From the NCBI GenBank assembly GCA_041653675.1, contig JBAZEY010000004.1, forward strand, positions 1,105-65,104: a stretch of 64,000 nt of DNA, read 5' to 3'. Each line of letters opens with the position of its first letter. Within the stretch, counting starts at the first letter, position 1. The stretch is from Patescibacteria group bacterium. GTDB lineage: Bacteria; Patescibacteriota; Patescibacteriia; XYB2-FULL-38-15. The notes under the pieces are model-generated. The model searched no databases. It was not told the DNA's origin and saw only the letters and a program-made list of their open reading frames with translations. This document shows positions 30,001 through 38,902 of the stretch, one piece after another. The translations under genes were made by a program, and so were the position numbers.

Positions 30001-32975
30001 TTAAATTGCCAAATATAATCGCCACCTTCCACTCCATCTCGGTCGCCATCCAAGAAAAATCCCCCATCCGGACAACCGGCGCCTCCAAGACAGCTTTCTA
30101 TTCCTGTGCCGGCAACCGCGTCACTTTTCAAAGTCACCTGATACCAAGTATTTTGCGTCCACTTTCTTCCTACCGGCAACAACTTAAGTTCAAAACCATC
30201 TTGATGGTCATCAATGTCACTAAATCTAACACTGCTGCCAGTAACCTCTGCTTTCGTCGTACAGGTTTGATCAGAACAGCTTTCAACTAAAATATTTGAT
30301 GTATTTACTGATGCTGGATTTATTTTTGTCGTGAAGCGCGCCGTTATTGTGGCGTTAACACAAACTCTCTCTCCTCCATCTCTGCCAGACCATGGTGAAG
30401 GTGAAGCCGGCCCCGGCGGTGGGGGATTGCTGCAGCTTTCTACCACTTGCGGATAAATCGGAAGTTGGCCAGTGGAAAATTGCCAGAAATAATACCCTTT
30501 ACCCGCGGCCGCAGCGCACGCTACGGCGCAACTGCCATCACGGCAACATTGCTGGCCGGAAGAACAAGTGGCGCCCGTGCGACAATCTTGAACTATAAAA
30601 TTAACACTATTTCCCGTTGCTCCCCCAGAAGTAACATTAACCGGACCGGTTTGGGTTCCGGTCGGAACAGGCGTAGAAATTTGTATGCCGTCAGTTGGAG
30701 TAACAGTCGCAGGAGTTGACCGATAAAAATTAACTAAAGCCGACGCGCCAAAGCGCTCGCCATCAATTCTCACCGGCAAATCAATCGGTCCATTGTCCGG
30801 AGTAATTTTACAAATTCCCGGACCGGCCGTTCCAGAATCAACCGTAAAATCCGATGTTGTTAAATCGCTTGTATCATCAGACTGGCCACCCGCGGTTCCA
30901 GCAGTCGTAATTTTTATAACATCTGTAACCGCGCCGGTCGGAACTTTTACAATAATTTGATCGTTTTTCCACCAATCAGCTCCGCAAGCCGCAGGAAAAT
31001 CTGTCGCGGCCAAAAGATCCGCGCCGCCGATATCTTTAAAAAATACTTGGCCGGTTTCATTGAGAAAATTGGCGCCAAAAATTGTCACGTACTCGCCTAT
31101 TGGCCCATGCGTCGGAGAAAAACTTAAAATTCTTGGCGCTTCGGCCGTGGCGACAACTTGGAAATTAATTGGATTGCTGTTTTCACCGCCAACCACGACT
31201 TGTACTGGAACCGTAGCCGGAGCGATTAAAGGTACAACCGCGCCAATGCTCGTGGGAGTCCAGAGACTAACTCGTTCTGCTCGTGTTCCGCCAAAAATTA
31301 TTTCACTTGTTCCTTGTGTCGCGCCAAATTGAGTGCCAGCAACAACTACTTCAATTCTCGGCTCGCCATTATCCGGCGTAATTGAACAAATTCCCGGCCG
31401 GCTTGTATCATTTATATCAAAATTTGGCAAAACCGGACCGCGCTCATCATCAGTTTGATCGGTATAGTCAGCTGCGGTCGCGCCGGTTGGCGGAGGCACC
31501 ACAACTTTTACCGGACCATCAGTCGCGCCAGCAGGAACAACCGCGATAATCTGATTATTTTGCCAAGTAGCTGAAGCAGGACAAGCCGGCGTTCCAGATA
31601 AAACATTATTAAAATAAACTTGGCCGGAAATATCTCCAAATCCTTGGCCAAAAATTGTCACGTAATTTCCTACTGCTCCATCGTTTGGCGAAACGGCAGT
31701 AATTTCTGGTAGAGTTCGGCAAACTCCGCCAATACATGATCCTCCGCGGCAATCTGTTCCGCTCGTGCAAGATCCTCCGTCGCAAGTTCCGCAATCCGCG
31801 CCACCACAATCAATATCTGTTTCATCCGCGTCCTGTCGCCCGTTAAAACAATGCGCCGCCCGGACAATTACGTCCACGCCGCCAGAAGTAGTATTATTGG
31901 AATCAATATCAAAAGCTTTCGTCGTCAAAGTATGTCTTGATCCAGCCGTAACGCCAGTTGTATCCCAATCAAAAATTGATGAATAGTCACGCGGCGTTGG
32001 ACCAGAGGGTGCATCAGTTCCAAGCGTTCCGCCATTTGAAAAATATTCCAAATAAGAAATTCCCGCGTCGTCTGTCGCGTGCGCCTCAATCGAAACTATC
32101 GCGTCAGCCGAAACAGAAGCGCCCGGATTGGGAGAAGTGATTCTTACTTCCGGCCCGGTCACGTCAACTAAATTTCCTGTTGTAAAATTGGCCGTACAAT
32201 TTGGCGCGAGTCCGCCACAAACTAAAAATTTTCCATCAGTACTTCGGAGACCGGTTGCCGCTTCCACCGTAAATTCCGTGTCCGCGTCAAAACATTTTCT
32301 GTCAACGTTCGGTGCCGGACAATTGGCACTCGGAACGAATTCCACGACCGTTCCGGAAGCGCTCGCTGTTCCGTCCACTAAACTTCCGTCAGCCGTCACG
32401 GTTAAATTTCCCGCTAAAGTTGTCGCGTCAACATTTTTGTTAAAAACAACGCGCACGACAACATTTCGAATTGGTATAGCGCCATTCGGCTGAATTCCGC
32501 GGACAACAAATGAATCAGACGGCAAACCACCGCCACCGCCTCCTCCACCACCGCCACCGCCTCCTCCACCACCGCCACCGCCTCCTCCACCACCGGTAAT
32601 GCCCGTCGCTTCCATTAATCTATTCATAACATACTGGGTGATGCCAAAAGAGAAAATAATAATAATCAAACCTATCAAAGCATTAACCAGAATTTTTTTG
32701 GCCTGCGATATCCGCTCCTCATTGCCGCCAGCCGTCATCCAAACAAAACCGCCGTAAATTACAATGGCTACGGCGACAATCCCCAAAAATCCGAGCGCTA
32801 CACGAATAATTTGCGCCGCGACCACTCGCGGATCTTCCGTCGGTAGAGCAATTTCATTTCCCACTTCATTCACCCCAAAATCCTGGGCGAAAATAGTTGT
32901 AGCAAACAAAAACGCACCCGTAATCAAAAACAGGGAAAAAAGAAATTTTAAAATTTTCTTCTCGTGTGGTTTCAT
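24063..32975 (-). CDS. Giant (2970 aa) surface protein: signal peptide, TrbC/VirB2-like pilin TM hairpin, poly-Gly, Ig-like and IPT/TIG domains, Myxococcus-type Cys-rich repeats
   Basis: IIRVALGFLGIVAVAIVIYGGFVWMTAGGNEERISQAKKILVNALIGLIII; SPNDGAVGNYVTIFGQGFG-type IPT units (about 4); many CGNGxxExGEDCDDGN...CLNEG repeats. Confidence 0.9.
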   Translation of the reverse strand: MKPHEKKILKFLFSLFLITGAFLFATTIFAQDFGVNEVGNEIALPTEDPRVVAAQIIRVALGFLGIVAVAIVIYGGFVWMTAGGNEERISQAKKILVNALIGLIIIIFSFGITQYVMNRLMEATGITGGGGGGGGGGGGGGGGGGGGGGGLPSDSFVVRGIQPNGAIPIRNVVVRVVFNKNVDATTLAGNLTVTADGSLVDGTASASGTVVEFVPSANCPAPNVDRKCFDADTEFTVEAATGLRSTDGKFLVCGGLAPNCTANFTTGNLVDVTGPEVRITSPNPGASVSADAIVSIEAHATDDAGISYLEYFSNGGTLGTDAPSGPTPRDYSSIFDWDTTGVTAGSRHTLTTKAFDIDSNNTTSGGVDVIVRAAHCFNGRQDADETDIDCGGADCGTCDGGSCTSGTDCRGGSCIGGVCRTLPEITAVSPNDGAVGNYVTIFGQGFGDISGQVYFNNVLSGTPACPASATWQNNQIIAVVPAGATDGPVKVVVPPPTGATAADYTDQTDDERGPVLPNFDINDTSRPGICSITPDNGEPRIEVVVAGTQFGATQGTSEIIFGGTRAERVSLWTPTSIGAVVPLIAPATVPVQVVVGGENSNPINFQVVATAEAPRILSFSPTHGPIGEYVTIFGANFLNETGQVFFKDIGGADLLAATDFPAACGADWWKNDQIIVKVPTGAVTDVIKITTAGTAGGQSDDTSDLTTSDFTVDSGTAGPGICKITPDNGPIDLPVRIDGERFGASALVNFYRSTPATVTPTDGIQISTPVPTGTQTGPVNVTSGGATGNSVNFIVQDCRTGATCSSGQQCCRDGSCAVACAAAAGKGYYFWQFSTGQLPIYPQVVESCSNPPPPGPASPSPWSGRDGGERVCVNATITARFTTKINPASVNTSNILVESCSDQTCTTKAEVTGSSVRFSDIDDHQDGFELKLLPVGRKWTQNTWYQVTLKSDAVAGTGIESCLGGAGCPDGGFFLDGDRDGVEGGDYIWQFKTRDSDETCDIGLVGVSPYERTLVSIGATQNYDSLCYAAGDVCITIDCSAYSPWRWTSSDISKATVAGSITPSEVATARAETEVGLPVRITGGIPSESKFGSGNLTINFTDPRVENAWPNCSDACANAEVGAEFNTNMNQASVESAANVNLYIWKCGNGVIEPGEDCDDGNATAGDGCSATCLNEGSNALYGSYCGNDRRETGEDCDGVPFPERCNRTTCLNIGSDGAAAVCGNGLVEEGEDCDGSPFPANCNATTCLNEGTRALEEVSLAGTSYDSVAKKMVIEPLVLFTPNTYYRAVISDRVTSTSGVHLTDLNYPAGDPAAFSAYSWTFKTKDDASPCAVDRVAVDPQNAILNFIGATQNYSSTPFSEPDLCSPNGQQLGAMDYNWGWASADPGVATITNDNNYPSCGNGVKEFGEDCDDGNTATLDGCNATCLNEGSNARYDSTCGNGIIQIGEDCDDGNTRSGDGCNNICQHEGSVAGGGVCGNRAKERGEDCDDGNAPGPGCSDTCLNEGTVTDARIDPYQTAEAIDLATEDVAAGVNSSTTEISAATEGKSDSGDLTLRCGGQDCSAIRLSCISTSNICSGTTSQSCTTDADCELGVGRNTCCYFKPKVTNCDPTRDGAVGCDSGAVEVCRNARISVTFDDVMETASVTGNILVVGNYGGTCPDGTVQLALWTGEGKSGWQFFEKIKKWLPPPIARILVKPINKIENDLKIFSQVKDFVNKFGQSLLGEPASAAPGSPWCVWPGTASSVVVNKGGNLVTEVSFSPTKAFDSDNDYRVLILGDNSTTPEIEGIRNSKGVALGGGSLSGEYPAAYSGREIYEWSFKTGGDICALSQVTFTPEVHVFTQSGETHNFSAIPRDTRGRAISSLPGVYAWQWEDWVSNDPTVVSLNPEGACSNESTAICHSASDCRDGGVCELNASQEAKAENKNGEARILVSARITADTILSPRTVGRVLGSGADAIVFLCENPWPDRFGVTGEGLADETYNFETYYCQDRGELGFSDDLPTVSDPPIVNNPPEPPGSSDFLLREYFLFVQGSYCTLSKLPCNTENPCAPEGGSCQSSPDAIGIRIYTNENHLALSDWYTAQGFRPASPSGKTVDQYQAVEDGRTIYVSAANQPALIGGSSSGPDIYTNVYLISYNEDASQDTIDIYNQLVENWNFNINLENNKVCKRGAATVTDEDDQAIPCSADLDCPQTPTQSLCDAPKDKLARDVKRLSDLDKIKAEVERYMMTRGYPPKLEAGSYVRGISTSKWDSWAVLGQELGGGLPQDPVNKFQGCVDPYNPDTCWNTSAESYHCPDLSHIYQYRYESATGFYNIGGDLEHKLTNSSGAIILPSWSWFRDAIPAYIKYENVCDGTTFSVGGVCGDGILNVDNPATPENEAEECEPSLLNTCSSDPTSFCRSDLDCVATGGTCRTSEQSCGSGTGRQSRTCNLATCRWNDWGSCLPTCGNGIIDTGEACDRGPGGGRIPGGGTLPTNEYQCSTVCRMSGGYCGDGILQSGFGERCDDEGLNGNYGKICDNDRSSCRVDSDCPGSTCRPICAAGCVGSAPFCGNTVTDGREECDRNLLSGRGVCVPVDEHLSPASPILSDDFNVVCESNSDCAEPEEECLLCSPEAGTGYPRVRTLECEVSGDVRQCQWRDEGWGVCTVTGECGNGTVEGGEQCDDANDVDTDACVDCQNSSCGDGFTRAGIETCDSGEDVNGTPCTAPYGSTCNYCSRECTLRTASGPTCGDGTVSGAEQCDSRLPAYPASWICVDTSNPWGKPQDLTTPTSPGCSPSSCAITCATGRACDNRKYESTGTCSATASRICRVTGDCPAGETCRLRYSPDTDSDEIIDACDPNDDSGTDGCMDDATDCATISLHVSSNNAADVFEVYIDGHKVGITNASICAAPGGGLTPDCRRDLVISTLSRGLHNFRIVYNGTTGAGRYNLSTGTGSALVWSLSASEGELFRGSDMTTVGQERSGEFTVR
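32527..32595. repeat. Perfect 21-bp tandem repeat x3.3 encoding a 23-Gly linker
   Basis: (ccaccgccaccgcctcctcca)x3 plus ccaccg. Confidence 0.9.
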
Positions 32976-33034
32976 AATCCGGCCACACTAATATTTATTG
33001 CGAACTTAAAACGTTTTTGTCTTTTACTCTAATT

Positions 33035-34075
33035 CTATTTTAACGTGAATGTCTGAATAATCTGTCTCGCTTCATTTAAAATATCTTCATATTTCTGATC
33101 CTCCAAACCGGGCCTGCCAGCATAATCACCACCGCTTGTGTAATAAAAGGCCCACAGGTTGCTGTCTTTAATAAAAGTCTGCGGATAATCCACAACATAT
33201 GGATCATTTTTATCTTCAATTCTTACAATATTTATTTGCACGTAACGTCCATTGTCATTTTCTGAGGTTAGACGGAATGCTCTTATCTTAGAGTACCCAG
33301 GATCTGCCACCTGCTCTGCTTTTATTTTCCCCCAAGAAGCTGGAAATGTCAGAGAAAAACCATATGCACTATTTGTATAGGTCGTAGGGGCCGCAGGTGT
33401 TGAAAAATACAAAGCTACATCTGTCAATGTATCTTCGCACAAATTTAACGCGGCCACTTTTGCTGTGTAATCCGGTTCTTCCGGTTCCGGCGCGGCGCCA
33501 CCGCCACACCCGCCTTCCCAAAGTAATTTATCAGAATATGCGTGCAACGGACCAAACCCACCGACGTTACAGAAAGCAGTATTGTCATTACTAAAACCAA
33601 CAAATTTTTCGTTGGTCCAATTGTTGTAATTAGGGGTGACGACTAAAGTTAGGCCGTTTAAATTTAAAGTTTTTCGACTGCCGGTATTTGCTTGATCGAT
33701 AAAACTATTAAACTCCTGATTACTGCACTTTACTCCAACCAGCACGCTTGTATTTTCTTTATAAAGAGACCAATTTTCAACCTGGTCTACAATGGGAGCA
33801 ACACATTTTCCTTTATCGCAAACAAAATCCCCCAAACATGGCTCCGCCACGCTGCACTCCGGAGATTCTAACCGCGCTGTTAAATCGTCTATCTGCTGTT
33901 GCAGTGATTGCTTCGCGTTCGTTAAATTTTCCTGTGCAGTTTGCAATTGCATTGCCTGCCAAAAGTAAACTCCACCACCGACAATAAGGGCTGTGAGAAC
34001 CACGGAAATTAAAACCGTAGCAATGGTGGGAAATTTTTTAGGACTTACTGGCTGCGTGATTGGTTGGTTTTCCAT
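33035..34075 (-). CDS. Membrane-anchored hypothetical protein (TM, coiled coil, small Cys module, PsbP-like C-terminus)
   Basis: LIVGGGVYFWQ TM, LQQQIDDL, CSVAEPCLGDFVCDKGKC, YTNSAYGFSLTFPASW...IIQTFTL. Confidence 0.75.
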   Translation of the reverse strand: MENQPITQPVSPKKFPTIATVLISVVLTALIVGGGVYFWQAMQLQTAQENLTNAKQSLQQQIDDLTARLESPECSVAEPCLGDFVCDKGKCVAPIVDQVENWSLYKENTSVLVGVKCSNQEFNSFIDQANTGSRKTLNLNGLTLVVTPNYNNWTNEKFVGFSNDNTAFCNVGGFGPLHAYSDKLLWEGGCGGGAAPEPEEPDYTAKVAALNLCEDTLTDVALYFSTPAAPTTYTNSAYGFSLTFPASWGKIKAEQVADPGYSKIRAFRLTSENDNGRYVQINIVRIEDKNDPYVVDYPQTFIKDSNLWAFYYTSGGDYAGRPGLEDQKYEDILNEARQIIQTFTLK

Positions 34076-34103
34076 AAAGTTTTTAAATTACTAAATTTTA
34101 AAT

Positions 34104-35954
34104 TTATTCTATCGGCCACGTGCAACCCGCGCCGACGGGATCAGTGCAACTTGTTCCAGCAGCTGGCCCAACTGGTTCATAAAAACAATTTTGATAAATA
34201 TCTTTAATTCTATGCGTCGCCCGCGGAAAATATCTTACGAGATTCTCGTCAACCGCCGCGCCATCAGCGCAAGTCGGCGCCGGAGCAGGCGCTTCAGTGC
34301 TCTCAATAAACTCCCCATGATAAATTATTGCTTTATGTTTTACCGGCGTTCCTCCGCGCGGTGTGGGCACGCCAAGGGCGTCTGTCCCCTCCCCTCCCAA
34401 AGTAAACCAAACGGCGCAAGCGTCGCGTTCGTTATCATCTAAAATTATATTTTCTGAAGAAAAACTAGTCACACTCATTGGTTTACTAAATCTAAATTCA
34501 ACCGGCGCGTCGAGCGCTACATCACTTCCACTCGCCGCTGGTAGGAGAGTTTCAATTCTCGGCGGAATTAAATCAATTGTATTATTGGTAGCAAAATCCC
34601 AAGCATAATTATCGGTTGGCGGACCTTCGGCCACGTCATCTCCGTCTCCGTCTAAAGAATTTCCTACCACGTCAGTCGCACCAGTGTAAGGCATTTCTGC
34701 TTCTGGCGGAGTTGTACCTAGACGCGCGGCTTTTACATTCACGGAAATATCAGCATCAGCGGGCAAACAAAAAACATCACCGCCGCAGGAATTTGTCCCA
34801 CATCGAAAATCGGTTGTAAATTCTATAGTTTTATATTGATTGCCAATCGCCCAAGTTCCAGCAACGGGTCCGGGAACCGGCACACCGTCGGCCAAAACTT
34901 CAATTTTATCAAAACCTTCCGCCGTTTTGCCGGCCACGGTTGTCGGATCCATGGCTTCGTCAAAATTTACTTGAACTAAAATATTTCTGGCGTTTGTCGT
35001 TGCGTCTCCCGGAATTACGCTTTCCACTTCTGGCGGCGTAACATCAACAAAAGTGCTCACTTCAAAATCCCAGGCATAACCATCACTAAACGCGCCAGTA
35101 AAGGCGTCTCCTCCGTCGGCCTTTTTCAAACCAGGCTTTAACGCCACCGTATACCAAATATTTTCCGATGGACTCCCTAAAAGTTCCGCCGGATCAAAGG
35201 TGAAATTTTTTAAATCAGTCGTGAAACCAACCCTTGCCTCGCCCGGCTCCAAATAATTGATCACGCCACCCGCACCGGTTTCTCCCTGGAGGGATTGATA
35301 AATTCTAATATTTTCGCTCTTTATCGGTAAAACCGTTGCCGGAGTGACGGCCACGCCTCCGAGTGTATCATCTCCAGGATTGGCCGGATCGTTAATCTCA
35401 TAACCTTCAATAATTGTATCCAGCGCCATTGGCTCTTTGAAAGTGATAATAACTTTTGTATTTCGGGCAATGCCCGTGCCGCCGCGTGGTGGATAATGGC
35501 TTTCAATAATACTATTGCCAAGTGCGCCGGAGTAGCGGCCAACCGCCGGCGGTCCGCCTCCTCCGCCGCCCGCGCCTCCTCCGCCGCCCAAGGCGCTAAT
35601 CAACGTATTTAATACATATTGTGTAATTCCAAACGCCATCAAAATAATCACTAAACCAATCAAGCCATTTGTTAAAATTTTCTTGGCGGTGGCAATTTTT
35701 TCTTCATTCCCGGCTGAAGTCATCCAAACAAAACCGCCGTAGAGCACAATGCCCAGCGCGACAACTCCCAAAAATCCGAGTACAACTCGGATGATTCTCG
35801 CGGCAATCACGCGCGGGTCGCCATCAACCAGAGCAATCTCATTTCCCACTTCGTTTAATCCAAAATTCTGAGCCAAAGCAATTTGGACAAACAAAAGACT
35901 GGCCGTGATAACGGTCAACCCCATTAAAATCTTTAACGCCCTTTTAACTTGCAT
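34104..35954 (-). CDS. TrbC/VirB2-like pilin-anchored protein with three Ig-like (Big_5-type) domains
   Basis: N-terminus paralogous to the 2970-aa protein (YGGFVWMTSAGNEEKIATAKKILTNGLIGL), Gly linker, ARNTKVIITFKEPM / ARNILVQVNFDEAM / DAPVEFRFSKPM. ATG 35954 chosen over TTG 35963. Confidence 0.85.
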   Translation of the reverse strand: MQVKRALKILMGLTVITASLLFVQIALAQNFGLNEVGNEIALVDGDPRVIAARIIRVVLGFLGVVALGIVLYGGFVWMTSAGNEEKIATAKKILTNGLIGLVIILMAFGITQYVLNTLISALGGGGGAGGGGGGPPAVGRYSGALGNSIIESHYPPRGGTGIARNTKVIITFKEPMALDTIIEGYEINDPANPGDDTLGGVAVTPATVLPIKSENIRIYQSLQGETGAGGVINYLEPGEARVGFTTDLKNFTFDPAELLGSPSENIWYTVALKPGLKKADGGDAFTGAFSDGYAWDFEVSTFVDVTPPEVESVIPGDATTNARNILVQVNFDEAMDPTTVAGKTAEGFDKIEVLADGVPVPGPVAGTWAIGNQYKTIEFTTDFRCGTNSCGGDVFCLPADADISVNVKAARLGTTPPEAEMPYTGATDVVGNSLDGDGDDVAEGPPTDNYAWDFATNNTIDLIPPRIETLLPAASGSDVALDAPVEFRFSKPMSVTSFSSENIILDDNERDACAVWFTLGGEGTDALGVPTPRGGTPVKHKAIIYHGEFIESTEAPAPAPTCADGAAVDENLVRYFPRATHRIKDIYQNCFYEPVGPAAGTSCTDPVGAGCTWPIE

Positions 35955-35997
35955 GTGCGGCAAAGTTAAATTTCTAATTTTGCGTTTTTGTTTTTGA

Positions 35998-36450
35998 CTA
36001 TTTTTTATCTAAAAATTCTTTCACCATTTTACTAACCGCGTCTCCCCCGGCCCGACCCCCGGCTGCTTTCATCACAGCGCCCATCACTTTGCCAAAATCT
36101 CCCGGACCGGAAGCGGCAGTTTCTTTAATCTTTTCTTCCACGATTTTTCTTAATTCTGCTTCCGGGAGTTCTGCTGGTAAATATTTGGCCAAAATATCCA
36201 ATTCAGCTTTTTCTTTAGAAACCAAATCAGCTCGGCCGCCTTTTTCATATTCAGAAATCGAGTCTTTATGCTTTTTAACTTCGGAATTAATTACCTTTAT
36301 CACGTCCTCATCGGAAAATTCTTTTCTCCCGCCAGCAATTTCCGCGTTCAAGACCGCGGCCCGAAGCATGGACAAAACCGAAACTACGGCCTCGCTTTTG
36401 CTTTTACGCGCCTCTATAAAATCTTTTTCAATTTGCTCTTTTAAGGTCAT
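35998..36450 (-). CDS. yqeY: GatB/YqeY domain protein
   Basis: EYEKGGRADLVSKEKAELDILAKYLP, FGKVMGAVM; follows rpsU. Confidence 0.92.
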   Translation of the reverse strand: MTLKEQIEKDFIEARKSKSEAVVSVLSMLRAAVLNAEIAGGRKEFSDEDVIKVINSEVKKHKDSISEYEKGGRADLVSKEKAELDILAKYLPAELPEAELRKIVEEKIKETAASGPGDFGKVMGAVMKAAGGRAGGDAVSKMVKEFLDKK

Positions 36451-36464
36451 GATGGAGAACAAAT

Positions 36465-36716
36465 TTATCTTCTAAATTTATTTCTCGGTTCAAATTCATC
36501 TTTGAGCTTGCCGATTTTTTTCAAGTATTCGCGCTTTTTCTTAATTTCCTCACGGCGCAATGCCGATGCTTTTTGCAAATTGCGGCTTTTTTCTGATGTA
36601 TGAAATCTGATTTTCTTTGCCTGCAACAATTTTCCGCTTTGCTGAACGCGGCGGCTAAATCTTCTCATCATGCTTTCAAAGGTTTCTCCCCTTTTTCTTT
36701 TTACTTCTTGACCCAT
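36465..36716 (-). CDS. rpsU: 30S ribosomal protein S21
   Basis: EVKRKRGETFESMMRRFSRRVQQSG; basic; GAGGTG SD; rpsU-yqeY synteny. Confidence 0.85.
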   Translation of the reverse strand: MGQEVKRKRGETFESMMRRFSRRVQQSGKLLQAKKIRFHTSEKSRNLQKASALRREEIKKKREYLKKIGKLKDEFEPRNKFRR

Positions 36717-36764
36717 TCTTTCACCTCACTTTCTTAAGATTATATTATTATATGATAAATTATG

Positions 36765-38147
36765 TTATTTGGCTATGCCATTTGTTAATTTCTTTTTCAT
36801 CTCCTGAATAATCTTCACAAAATCCACAATTTCTTGGGAACCGCCCTCCATATCTCGAATAATAATTGTGCCATCGAGCACTTCTTTCTGTCCCAAAATC
36901 AAAGCATATCTTGCGCCAAGTTTATTGGCTATTTCAAGTTGTTTTTTCAAACCTTCCTTTGTTAAACCGTGCGTAATGAAGAATCCGGCTCGACGCAAAT
37001 CTTCAATTAAGGCAAAACTTTTTTTTCTAGCTTGTTCGCCAAGCTGGGCCAAGAAGATATCTGGAACGGTAATCGGCGGAACTTCAATATTATTCTCTTT
37101 TATTTTAACAATTAAACGTTCTGCGCCCAAAGCAACGCCACAAGCAGGAGTCGGCCGCCCACCCAAAACTTCAACTAAATTATCATAGCGCCCTCCCCCG
37201 CCTAAAGCTTCCGGTTTTTGACCAGTTATTTGATTTTCTTCGGAAAAAAATTCAAAAACGGTTTTAGTGTAATAATCCAAACCGCGCACAAGATATGGAT
37301 TTAGATTATATGGAACAGCCGCGTCGTCAAGATATTCTAAAACTCTTACAAAATGATTTTTACAGTCCTCGCAAAGATAATCGACAATTTGCGGCGCTCC
37401 TTCTTTTAATGGCTCGCAGCCCGCTTCCTTACAATCTAAAATGCGAAGAGGATTTTTAACTAACCTTTTTTTGCATTCCTCACAAAGAGAGCTTCGGCGA
37501 TCGCGATAGTAATTTACCAATTTATTTTTATAAGATTCGCGGCACTTAGAACAGCCAATACTGTTTATTTGAACGTTTATTTTTAACCCAAGAGATTGAA
37601 TTAGATTATAAGTTAAAAAAATTATTTCTGCGTCAATGACCGCGTTGCCGTCACCCAGCGCTTCAAAACCAAACTGGTGGAAAGCTCTCTGCCGGCCGGC
37701 TTGCGGGCGTTCATGACGAAACATCGGACCAAAATAAAAAAACTTTACCGGTTGAGGAAGATTTATCATGCCGTGCTGAACATAAGCTCTCGCGATTGAA
37801 GCTGTCGCTTCGGGACGTAAACATACATTTTCTCCGCCGCGATCGATAAACGTAAACATTTCCTTGCCAACAATATCCGTTTCTCCGCCCACCGCTCTGT
37901 TAAACAACGCTGTTTCTTCTAAAATCGGCGTTTCAATAAATTCATAACCATAATTAGCGGAAAAATTTTCCGCTTGTCTTTTAACAAAATGCCAATATTT
38001 ATATTCTCCCGGCAAAAGATCCTTCATCCCGCGGAGTGTTTGAAAAACTCTCGCTTTCTGCGGACCAGCGGCTTTGACTTTTTTCTGCTTTTTGACAATC
38101 ACTCGCGGCTTTTTTGCCTTTTTTTGAATTTTTGCTTTTTTAGGCAT
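36765..38147 (-). CDS. hisS: Histidine--tRNA ligase
   Basis: LRPEATASIAR, FRHERPQAGRQR, LVRGLDYYT, GGGGRYD; Lys-rich N-terminal extension. Confidence 0.97.
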   Translation of the reverse strand: MPKKAKIQKKAKKPRVIVKKQKKVKAAGPQKARVFQTLRGMKDLLPGEYKYWHFVKRQAENFSANYGYEFIETPILEETALFNRAVGGETDIVGKEMFTFIDRGGENVCLRPEATASIARAYVQHGMINLPQPVKFFYFGPMFRHERPQAGRQRAFHQFGFEALGDGNAVIDAEIIFLTYNLIQSLGLKINVQINSIGCSKCRESYKNKLVNYYRDRRSSLCEECKKRLVKNPLRILDCKEAGCEPLKEGAPQIVDYLCEDCKNHFVRVLEYLDDAAVPYNLNPYLVRGLDYYTKTVFEFFSEENQITGQKPEALGGGGRYDNLVEVLGGRPTPACGVALGAERLIVKIKENNIEVPPITVPDIFLAQLGEQARKKSFALIEDLRRAGFFITHGLTKEGLKKQLEIANKLGARYALILGQKEVLDGTIIIRDMEGGSQEIVDFVKIIQEMKKKLTNGIAK

Positions 38148-38153
38148 ACTTAA

Positions 38154-38792
38154 TTACTGGTTATATTCGGGTGTTTCAAAAATTTTTAATTTATCGAATG
38201 GCCATCCTCTAAACCACACCTTGCCAACAATGCTTTCTCTTTTGATTGGGCCAAAGCTTCGCGAATCAAAACTCGCTAAACGATTATCACCCATAATAAA
38301 ATATTCTTCCACGCCAAGAGAAATTGTCCGATCGCCAAAGGTTTTAATCTCTTCTTCCAAATAATTCTCTTTTAGAAGCAAACCTTCTCGATTGTCACCA
38401 TTGAAAACCGTTATTTTCCCGTTTTTTATTTCTAATGTTTCATTGGGCAAACCAATAATTCTTTTTATAAAATATTGGCTCGGATCTCTTGGATATTTAA
38501 AAACCACAATATCTCCCCTCTCTGGCGAATTGAAACGATAACCTATTTCATTAATAATCAAATATTCATGATCAAAAAAATTCGGCTCCATAGACGCGCC
38601 CTTAACATAAAAGGGCTGAATTAAAAAATAACGCACGGGCACAATAATGGCCAGCGAAATTAAAATTACTTTGATAATTTCCAAAGTGTATTCGGTAAAG
38701 CGTTTTATGGCCGCTTCTTTTTTAACTTCACTTTTGGGTTCCGCGGCTGGCTCTACTAGTCCCAACTCATCTTTATTTTTTAATATGGGCAT
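38154..38792 (-). CDS. lepB: Signal peptidase I
   Basis: VKGASMEPN, RGDIVVF, FIKRIIGLP, MGDNRLASFDSR. Confidence 0.95.
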   Translation of the reverse strand: MPILKNKDELGLVEPAAEPKSEVKKEAAIKRFTEYTLEIIKVILISLAIIVPVRYFLIQPFYVKGASMEPNFFDHEYLIINEIGYRFNSPERGDIVVFKYPRDPSQYFIKRIIGLPNETLEIKNGKITVFNGDNREGLLLKENYLEEEIKTFGDRTISLGVEEYFIMGDNRLASFDSRSFGPIKRESIVGKVWFRGWPFDKLKIFETPEYNQ

Positions 38793-38828
38793 AATATTTT
38801 TCACAATTATAACTTATTAAACCAACAA

Positions 38829-38902
38829 TGGACGATGGAGGATTCGAACCTCCGACCTTTCGAATGTGAATCGAACGCTCTAACCAACTGAGCTAATCGT
38901 CC
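38829..38902 (-). tRNA. tRNA-Val(CAC)
   Basis: GGACGAT acceptor, anticodon arm TTCGA-TTCACAT-TCGAA, GGTTCGAATCC T-arm; CCA not encoded. Confidence 0.93.
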
